Source: Catajapyx aquilonaris (taxonomy: Eukaryota). Taken from it: a stretch of 64,000 nt of DNA. This document shows, piece after piece, positions 24,504 to 34,918 of this stretch. Made by a program: the position numbers and the translations under genes. A model generated the notes under the pieces. That model saw only the letters and a list, made by a program, of their open reading frames with translations. It made no database searches and was not told the origin of the DNA. The stretch covers positions 1 to 64,000 of the forward strand of contig JYFJ02000694.1 of NCBI GenBank assembly GCA_000934665.2, read 5' to 3'. Positions within the stretch are counted from its first letter, which is position 1, and every line of letters starts with the position of its first letter.

Positions 24504-25521
24504 ATTGCGTCACCAATTACGCACCAGCACATAATTTGTTATTCAAGTCCAGTAGTCTTGTAGTATATGAACATTTCCGCAAACACTACATTATGCGAGT
24601 ATTGCTGCAATGCTATTTGTGTATATTGCACATTTTTAAAGCACGAAGATTATATTCTCTTGCTGCTCTTCTTTGTCTGCAGAGAGCTACTGTCTCCAAC
24701 TAAAGTGGTCGGGACGTAAGCGAAAATAGTAAGGAAGCAATCTGAAATACAGGATTCAATAGCCTGCTGAATGGTAGATTACTAGGATCTTATTAGATGC
24801 CTATTGACTTTCTTGACGTAGCTTTGTACGCAAGTACCATTTTTTAATGAGGAGGACACTGCAGATAACCATGACGTCTATTTACAAGGACCAAGCCTCT
24901 ATTTGTCTTGTAGTAAGAGCTTGGTAAATTCTTTTTATTTACTCTTTTCTATATCTTGTCATTTTATTTCATTGATTCCTGGGTACCCGGTATAGAACAC
25001 GTTCATTAATGGAAAAAAAAAAACTGAAACACATTTTAAGGTGCATTTGTCGAGATTTTAAGCCTTAAAACTCACATTGCCTGGCATGATTATGCAAAAT
25101 TATCACTTTGTGCTGGACACTAGTAACATGTCCACAGAGGAAATGTACACTGATGTTTATCGTGCATATTTGTTTAGAGTTTGAAGACTTGAATTTTCGT
25201 TGCAAATAAAATCACACCCGTCTAACTGTGATGTACTCTAGGTTCAATAAAAACGTTTTGATGGGCATATGTTTGCTTTAAATTGAAACCAATTAATAAC
25301 ATATGCATATTGTCATGTAATGATTATGTACTTATAATTATTGATACAATGCAACCCATCATGACATTTCCTATGAAAGCGACAACAGCGATGAATGAAT
25401 GATGCAAGTCAATTTACAATATTATAGTACAACAAAACTACTTTTTGTGCGAATGAATGTTAAATTCAAGCAATTATCTATATAACTGCTATATCAATTC
25501 AAATTAGGTATGTTATGTAAC

Positions 25522-25605
25522 AATTGAAGCACCCATTATGGAAACACTCCAACTCCAACGGTCTGGGCATGGAGTTGGGGTGTTTCCATAATGGGTGCTT
25601 CAATT
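25522..25605. repeat. 84-bp hairpin (36-bp arms, 12-nt loop)
   Basis: aattgaagcacccattatggaaacactccaactcca (25522-25557) pairs with 25570-25605, with a single T:G mismatch. Confidence 0.9.
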
Positions 25606-28600
25606 TTAAAAAATGATAATAATATTGTAGTTAATAAATCCTATTATACCACTTGCTACATTCCGGCTGAGTTTCCTGATTATTAAAAAAAAATCCATAT
25701 ATGTTTGAATCTAGACTACGACATAAAAAGACTCGTAAATGCAAAGACAAATCCATCAACTCTTACTAGCCGACCCGACCCTCATCGGATCAGCTTGGGC
25801 AGAAGAACACCCTGTATACGTATAAAACGCAACGTTTGTATATCCGTAAATTCTAATCCACTTCCAGACTGCCTACACACTTGAAAATCAGCATGCTGAT
25901 AGAGGATTAACTGGCGCCCAAGGGAAAAGTTTCAACACACCCAAGTTTCGGCATTAGGTTCCTATTTAGAAATATTGTGGCAGATGAAACTCTTTCGTAC
26001 TCCCTGCTGGATAGAAAACCTAAAGCTCTCTCAAGGACACATCATTTTGCTTCAAACCACTTTACAGAGAAATCCATGGCAATTAATTCGCTCAGCAAGC
26101 AAGATCTGCAAATGCAAGTCCGCCGTGTTGGCCGCAAGCGAGAGACAGCAGCCTGGAACTTACGGCTGACCACGCGCTTGACCTACTCTTTTGGAGGACA
26201 TGCCAAGGACCATTATAGTCCAATACCATCGAAGGACCAATCTGTAACAACGTAGGCTACGAGATACATTTTCCTACCCACAGATACAGCCAGAAACATA
26301 CATTTCACCTTTTTGCAGGAAGACCTATTGACATTTTTTCTGCATGAATGTGGTGAAATTTATCTATGATATATGGATTCTTCCGACCATTTTTTCCTCT
26401 CATAAAAATCAATGTAGACACCATGAACCATGAATCACTCATTCAGCAAAGCACACTTGTCAATCCTCGTCGCAAGGTAATATATCACTTGAAGGATTCA
26501 CCTTGAGAGTCGCGCTGTGGAAGGTGAATCAGTACAGAAAACCTTGGCAAAAAACCATTTGAGTGAAGAGAGACAAATGAGCCGACGGCTCTCACGTCAC
26601 TCAAGACTGAGTCCACGAATAAGAACTTTGAAGTTTACACGCTCCCCTACATGACCTTTGTAAATATGTTATGTGATTGTGATTTATCAATGTTATTCAC
26701 AGCTTCGAGCATAAGTTAATATATAAAACAATAATAGACAAACTTTTCCTGAAGGAAAAATGATTTGAATAAATTTCGCATAAGTGAGACTTTCAAACCG
26801 CAACACTCCTGCTAGTCCTGCTTAATATTTCTTACTGAACTCTCTTACTGCATGAGACAGTATAACAACAAAGACAAGTCTGCAGTCCAACAATATACAG
26901 ATGGAGAAAAAGTTATAGAACTATAGAACATATAAGGTCTGCTCAAGTTGACGGGTATAACGACGCGACGGGGTTGAGGAATTGATGTGTGAATCAATCC
27001 TGGCGATGTCCTCGTCGTCATCCAATAAGGTGAAGGAAGGCCTTATGTTTGTGGACTAGTGTCTGAGGGTCTAACTTAAGTGTGACTAATCCATCAATAT
27101 TCTTTAGCTCTCCCCTCTTGTAAATCAACAGCTCGGAAAGATGACACTTCGTAAACATTATTTTCTTGAAGTTCAGACATGAGCAGTTCACAACTTAGGG
27201 ACTATCAGTTAGTAGAAAAAATATTGCACATTTTGTCTTTACAATTTCCTGGATATACGCCAGAAATGTATGAAAAATCCTTCGCCAGGAGCAAACTAAT
27301 TTTGCAATTTAGAAGTTTCGCTGCATCTAGGATCAACAACAGACAGTGTAATTTGCAAAAGAGTTGAAGTAAATTATGTCAAACTCTCGACGTATACCGC
27401 AGTACCGCCTGCGGAAGCTTGAACGCTTATATGCATATAGCAAGTACTAGTCTATAGTATTCAAAAATTAATGTGATGATGGAAAATATCATCGGTCCGC
27501 ATTAATTGGCAGAATAATATTGCATTATAATTTATACTGTAGAAACAACGCTTGCTGTTGAGTCCTACGTGTGATATCCGGCGGTGTGCATATGTTATTG
27601 ACCAGCTTTAGACCTGCAGGGCAGAGAGTTACTTTCGACGGTGGCACATGTAATGCTAATAACATTCATTTTTGGGAGGCATTACAATCATTGACATTTT
27701 ATTAGGAAAATAAAACCTCGTTTTCCAAGGAACGCATTGATTATGAAAAATCACTAACCACACAATAGAAATACAATAAATAAAAAAATATTATAGGACC
27801 TCAATCCGAGCCTCAATCCCAACTTATTATTTCCGCATCACTTTCTGAAAGCCTAAATGAAAGTGCGTACTACGCTGTCAATAATCACAGTCGCACCCTT
27901 GTTAGAGAGCGAGCAATTCTCTGACGTACACTCCGTCATAATAATAAGTCGAACTAAAATTTAATTTTAGCAGGAGAGTTCCAGAAGACAAATTGCCTCC
28001 ACAAACTCCCCATATTTCAATTAAAACCAGGAATGAGAAAGTACGCAGGAAGGCATAATCAAATAGTGGGAGTAAAAACGAGATATGCATAAGAAGTCTA
28101 TGTACTCCAAGACTAAAGAAAGAGCCAGAGGGAGACCAGAGAGAGAGCCAATGGCAGCAGGAAGAAGGGTTGTCATCAACGCGCAAGTCCCGAAGTCATC
28201 TGCACTTTATACTAGCCCCCTCTCCGCAAAGTCGGCCAGTTTTCCGACTAGTGTTGAGGATAGTGGTTGGTAGTGAGCGTATCTGCCAGGTCACCATGAT
28301 TGACCACCAAGGACTCCCTTTCAGATGCCATCGAGGGAGGTGAGTATTCATGACCATCAGGAAGTGTTAAGTAATTCGGGCAATAACAAGCGCCTGTTGA
28401 ATGCCGATGGCGATGGGTATAAAATTTTGCAGAAATACATTTTTGATAATGATATGATGTAATTGAATGGGGCTGTTATAATGAGCTAAAATGTCAATTT
28501 AGTTGCTATAATTTCTCACCAAGGAATTGGCTTGTTAGTGGCGATAATAATTTTGGTTCTCTGTAATTGGCTAGCACGAGATGTCCATTATTTACTCGTC

Positions 28601-28925
28601 CCAGAACGTTCGTCTGTCCCAGTTGTCGATCAAACCATTGGATTAGTTCAGATTTGAAGACCGGCACATTCATTGAAGCACCTTGTGCCGCTCCGTAATT
28701 TCATGGTCATATACGGTATACATCATTACTACTGCGGTTGACGTGACAGATGACTGCGCACATGCTGTGAGAATCAGTTTGCACTGACTTCATGCACTTC
28801 ATGAATATATATGGTCGTCAAAATGCGCTCCCCTTTAGATTAGAAACAATGCAGTGCCTGGAGCGACCTGGAGTCAAGAACTTAGGTCACCATCACTGAT
28901 TAATAAATTATAGGCCGATACAATC

Positions 28926-28928
<3 letters not shown>

Positions 28929-28992
<64 letters not shown>

Positions 28993-29022
28993 CATCATCA
29001 TCATCATCATCACCACCATCAC
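28929..29022. repeat. Compound microsatellite (AAT)n-(CAT)n
   Basis: About 21 AAT units, then CAT/CAC units. Confidence 0.95.
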
Positions 29023-29214
29023 GACATTTCCCTATAAGGGGTAGTCAGCGATGACGGGAACCACAAGCTAACCCAAAATAAGAACTAAATTAAAACTTGT
29101 AAACATAAACCTATAAACAATCCGTCCCGCCCCCCACCCCTGCCCATCTCAGACGACAAACACTCAATATTAAATTTAAATATTACACTATACAACGCAG
29201 TACTTTGCGAAATC

Positions 29215-29215
<1 letters not shown>

Positions 29216-29279
<64 letters not shown>
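29216..29279. repeat. Microsatellite (TAG)n
   Basis: About 21 perfect TAG units. Confidence 0.95.
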
Positions 29280-29501
29280 ATCCGGGTAGTGCTAGACCTC
29301 AATCGAGGTGGGAGCACGGACCTTTATTATACTGTCTTGTAGTACAATGCAGTACAATGCTGGAACCTTTTAATGAAACACCCGGGCCCACGGGTAGGGT
29401 GACTGGGAGGGGATGTGCAAGGTGCAAGTGCAATGTCTCAATAGTGGTACATTTTGTGAACTCCCCGGAAGTACAATTTAACCGAGAATTTAAAAGCTTA
29501 A

Positions 29502-30453
29502 GAGCGCGCTCTAGGCTACGCTATTCATTGTTGCGGGTAGCCCGTCGCGGGCCGGCCCGTGAGTTTGACACTTCTTCCTCTCGCTGTCACGGCCGCAAAT
29601 ATGGAGGTATCGGCATGAAACTGGAGTATATGGACTCGAAAGAGTTGAACTTTGAGATGGCGCGCTTATTTTTCTTCTGGGGCGATATTTGCGGCCGCCG
29701 CGGCCAGGTACAGTTTTTTTATTTTGACCCGCAATAACTTCTTTCCATGTCGGTACCAGTGAAATTCGAGGCTGTCACGACCTTTGTACGGCGAATTACC
29801 GTAAGTGTGTGAAAGGGCACGAGTGTGGCAGTCTTGGTTTGGCCAAACTTTGGGATCGAAAATACCCCCCTCCATGAACAATAACAACTCTCACGAAGAA
29901 AGGGACGATCTGGCAGCGCCGCGCTGACTGCCAGTTTGGTAACCACGGCGACGGGGATAAGATAGAGCGCTAATAAATTATTACAACGATGTAAACATAC
30001 GATGTCGCCGTGGTTACCGAACTGGCAGTCAGCGCGGCGCTGCCAGATCGTCCCATTCTTCGTGCGAGTTGTTATTGTTCATGGAGGGGGGTATTTTCGA
30101 TCCCAAAGTTTGGCCAAACCAAGACTGCCACACTCGTGCCCTTTCCCACACTTACGGTAATTCGGCGTAGAAACCTCGTGACAGCCTCGAATCTCACTGA
30201 TACCGACATGGAAAGGAGTAATTGCGGGTCAAAATAAAAAACTGTATCTGGCCGCGGCGGCCGCAAATATCGCCCCAGGAAAAAAATAAGCGCACCATCT
30301 CAAAGTGAAACCCTTTCGCGTCCAGATACTCCAGTTTCATGCCGATACCTCCATATTTGCGGCCGTGACAGCGAGAGGAAGAAGTGTCAAACTCACGGGC
30401 CGGCCCGCGACGGGCTCCCCGCAACAATGAATAGCGTAGCCTAGAGCGCGCTC
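29502..30453. mobile_element. Non-autonomous fold-back DNA transposon with ~450-bp TIRs and TTAA target duplication, Sola3-like
   Basis: Left arm 29502-29952 and right arm 30004-30453 are inverted copies (about 95% identical by manual count) around a 51-bp spacer. Termini are 5'-GAG...CTC-3', with TTAA at 29498-29501 and 30454-30457. Long TIRs, GAG/CTC ends and TTAA match the described Sola3 signature. Confidence 0.88.
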
Positions 30454-30506
30454 TTAACTACAAAAAAAGTGTAATTTCTCTTTTTGCATGTGTCATAATC
30501 TTAATA

Positions 30507-30832
30507 CAGGTTGAGAACCCTTTATCCGAAATGGTTGGGACAAGAAGTGTTTCGGATTTTGGAATATTACTACATATGCGTAGACCTGTATCGTAAAATG
30601 AGAGAGACCTTTGGGCATGGGATAAATGCCTAAACCCAACATCCACATTTCTTTTAGGCGTAATAGAGGTTAACATTAACTTTAACATTGGAAGAAGTTT
30701 TTTTCGATAAATTTTAAATAATTTTACATACGTACAGATGTTCCCGTAAAATTTTTCATTTGTGACGCGTCATGTCAGCACTCAAAAAATAACTTTCCCA
30801 TTTTGGAATTTCGGATAAATGATTCTCGACTT
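30507..30832. mobile_element. pogo/Tigger-type MITE (Tigger4/MER46-like)
   Basis: ta-caggttgagaaccctttatccgaaatggttgggacaagaagtgtttcggattttggaata...gcgtcatgtcagcactcaaaaa...atttcggataaatgattctcgac, with partially inverted ends. A related, more decayed copy lies at about 46548-46825. Confidence 0.65.
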
Positions 30833-32639
30833 TCGGCCTATAATAGAAATGTCCAAAGAAATTGAATCAAGCTTAGAAAATAACAAAATATATTGACAAT
30901 ATTAATTATTTCACATTACGAATTAAGTTATGGAACCTGCTAGTTTATTACAGTACGTATAGGTTGCAATGCGCAATGTACTTGTAGCATCACATACTGC
31001 ATGCATCATAATTTAACCTACATCGGCATCTGCAGCAATCTCGCGTTCTGGAGAGGGGGGGGGNGGGGGGGGGATTGAGTGAATTGTCCAGGGATTGCGG
31101 AAGGGGGTGAGTTCTTCTGGCTAAAATTCGGCGCGTTCAGGAATACCGTACCAACTTGACCCACGAGAGTGGGCGACATTTCAACAGCCAACTATGCAAG
31201 CGAAATATAATAATACTGAAACCCAGATATAAAATATTTCTTTTGATTTTCTTCTCATCCGCATTATGCCAGTTCAGCATGTTTCCAGCAACATTTTGTT
31301 AGCTTAGGTTCTTTTGTTTGCATGCTAAACCTGCAGGCAAGCAAAAAAATAACTATGAAAACTCATCAAAAGCATTTTAAAATTCTGCAACAGTTGCCAC
31401 ATGGAACTAATATGCGGGATTATTTCGTCTACAATGGCCGAAGTGAAATAGTTCTCTTTTTATCCCTGTTCTGAATAATTCTATGCCCTCCAGTGGAGTT
31501 GGAAACTAATTACGCGTGAAAACAAATGTGGTGTGATAAAGTTACAATTTAAAAAAGTTTCCATTTTGCCTCGGTTTCAAGCTCAAACGTTACTATACAT
31601 CAAAGGGCTACTGCAGAATCCAATTTTTCTTTTCATATTATTTTGTGTAACTCGTCAAAACTTAGAACTGGCCAACCGGCTCATGTGAATTCCAACCATT
31701 CGCCTTCCCTCCAAACCAAAATGTGGTATTCAGTGGTACGAACGAAAGTCTCGCAGTTTTTTTTTTTTTTTTTACAGAAATTATCCTAGAAATTATCCGT
31801 GTATATAACATGTAGCATCTTTTACGTTTGTGTATATGTGACACAGTAATGCTTTAACACACTCACAGACGCTTTCTCTTCTATTGGTTTACGTGACGAT
31901 ATAAGTAGGCCCTATAGTACTAACTTACTTGTAATATGCCATTCTGTGACGTTGATTTCCCAGAACGTAAGCTGACCGAATGAAAATGTTCTTATTATAC
32001 TGAAATGTTTCACAAAACATAGGGAGTCCGGTATAGCGCGAACTGCCCACTCGGGTGATCTATATCTGTGCGTAAAAAATAGACACTGAGAAAAACACCT
32101 CGTTCATCTCCAACTTCTTGTACAACAAAAATGTATATGGTTAGTGTGCCAACGCTGCGCTGTCAGAAAAATAACATATTAGGATAAATGCCTGAACTTC
32201 ACATTTCAAAAGTAGTTCGGAACTGAAAAAAAGGGTCACCAGGCTCTTTCTAAAAATATATGGTGACACACTCGACATTATGAGAAGAGCAGAGATGTAT
32301 AAAAACTCCAATATTTTTTAACTCAACAATAATTTCTCCCTTTACGTGAAAATGAACCATCAAGTATAGCACATACCTGTCCTGCGATTTAAAAAGATAT
32401 ATAGCCTGCGAGATAGTGTTAAAGTATGAGGGAAATGAGCTGCCTTGGGACACATAGCATGTTACCCTAAATGCACTGGAGGTCGTCTTAAGAATGTCTC
32501 CCTGATGTCTCACATATTGACATCAATTGGGCACCGGTGATAGTCGGAGCCTTTTACGTAATCTTTCATTCGCTTGACTTTATTACGGAACCACCATCGC
32601 CATCACCATCTCTGCTCTTCATAAAATTGGATTGCGGTA

Positions 32640-32780
32640 AGAAACGCGAAAGGACCGAAAAACCCAGGCGAAACAGAAATGATCCACCATGAGAAAATTA
32701 TACCCGACAAGGGGATCGAATGCAAGACTTCAGAGTGGAAAGCTATATAGGATTAATCACTACACCAACCGTTTCCTCCC
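32640..32780 (-). mobile_element. Possible decayed tRNA-derived SINE
   Basis: Plus-strand ggggatcgaa...aatcactacaccaacc resembles the reverse complement of a box B/box A head. Heavily diverged. Confidence 0.3.
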
Positions 32781-34918
32781 TACATGCTACGCATTTGGCA
32801 CGAGCATGACAACTCCACGTCTTGTGAGTCTATACCTCCGAATCTACTTTGGATGGATTAGGGGATGGTATTCATATAAGGTGATGATGGGCATGAGGTT
32901 TGTTAAATAGCAGTAATCCAGGAAGGAAAGTGCCAATTGCAAATATGGCACAGCTCAATAAAGACCGATGTAAAATTTCTATACTAAAATCATCGTTTCT
33001 GGATAGTAAGCACAGACATAACAATTGCAGAGGCCATTCCAAGGGCACAAAAACCTCGACAAAAACACGCACTTTGATGTAGGTTAATATAATTATGGGT
33101 TTATTACTCTCGCTATTAATTATGAGTTCGTTGGTGTCAACCGTTGCCAACAATATATTGTTGACAGAGGTAGATCTGGGACTAAACTAGTAGAGGATTG
33201 CGCTGGTGCAGCGGATCCTTCGAGTCAAAACAAGCTCTGACTTCCGATTACTGTCGAAACACAGAAACTCGAAATTACTGACGCTGTGAAATTACTCATT
33301 AATTGCTCAGATTATGAATAGCAGGAAATTAGCCGAGTATTCTGAGTCTGTGTATTCAGTGGATCTACCGAAATCCATTATGAAATGAACTAAGTACCTG
33401 GATGACACTAATGGAGATTGCTGTATATGACGTCAATTATTGTTATTAGAACAAAATTATAAAAGTTAATAATTTTATTTGCTTAGAGAGCTACACTCTA
33501 TGTAATTCTATGGCAATTTCCTGCATACCAAGGGCCTCCTCAATGCATAATCTCAATGACTATTAGCTATCGCAACTTTGTTACTGTTTCAAAGTGTTTT
33601 TAGAAGCATTAATTAAACCGTGCCATATACAGTATCTACAATGCCTTCTAGCGCAGAGAGTGTTCCAGACCCACTGTCTCAGAGAGTGCCTACTACACTA
33701 AACGAGAGCACAGTTTAAATTAAAATCCACTGTATAACAACTTTGATCTTTTAAAAACTACTGAGGGGTGCATACCTGTCCGGATATGCGTCTTTGAAGC
33801 CTTTACCTCAGTAAACAGGATGAAAACACAAAAAGGACATCACTTATGCATAAAACTATCCATTAATGATGGCCAGAACTGCAATGCTGCATACTTGTCG
33901 GAACACCCTCTATGCCTTATTATCACTGACATTGACGAAGAACCATAGTTACTGATCAGTCAGCTACTGTTCTGAAGCTCTAATAATTTGGGTCAGAATG
34001 CGGTAATAGTGTGTTCAAAATAAAGTAAAGTAAACTATGCTTAGAATGTTATTATTATTTATGTTTGATTTTGTTAACAACGTAGACTACGATGATCTTT
34101 CGTTTGCCCCTTAAACTTGGCCACCCTCCTTGCACATCATCCTGGAACGCATGCACGCAGCGTTTATGCTACTTGAATAAATCTTCTACTTGAATACATC
34201 GTTAACAGCGGTTAACAGCTGTTTGTATTGACTTTTATCACGTCTGCATTGGAAGTGCAAATCAAAAGCATTTTTCTTGGTGAGTTATTCAGGCCATTTT
34301 TGTAGGAAAGATGCCCACCTTTGACTGAACCTGCTGCGGTTGGTTCGATGTTAATTATCGTCTTGGCAGTGCATTGCTCATCTTCTTGTTCGCATGGTCT
34401 AGCTGTGTACACGACTGTAGGAGACACCTACTGGGAATCAAGGACCCTAACTAAGAGTTAACTAATTCCGACTCACCGAACGTGACCCCTATTAGTGAGG
34501 ATCTTGGGATGAGAAAGTGAAAATGAAACACCGACTCTTCAGCCCTGGGTAACCCCCACAGAGAGCGATAATTGAAAGCGTCTCCAATTCCTTTGATGTC
34601 TTGTTTCTTGCCTTACGCCCTTTCATTTGGGGCATTCAACATCCAAGTTTCTCTGGCCATAGAACTGGGCAGACGACAGCCGTCCTCGTGACGCAATTAA
34701 GTTCCCTGCAATCGCCTGCAGATGCTTGCGTCTATATCTGTGTATAGACGTAGTTATCGACATTTTCGGGAATGTGTTTTAAATCGCACGGAACTCTGGC
34801 TTGTGCGTATATGAATATTTTCTGGCAGTGTCTAATTTTATTTTCAGTTCTCTCCAACCTGAAGTGCAACATGCCATGCGAGTGAAGTAGCATTTGCAGT
34901 GTCAAGTAGCACTGGAAT

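Noticed and set aside
29357..30427. Mirror-image ORFs of 64-126 aa
   Set aside because: By-products of the GC-rich inverted arms of the fold-back element; no transposase motifs.
31054..31073. Poly-G run with an N as a G-quadruplex or special element
   Set aside because: It contains an ambiguous base, so length and sequence are unreliable.
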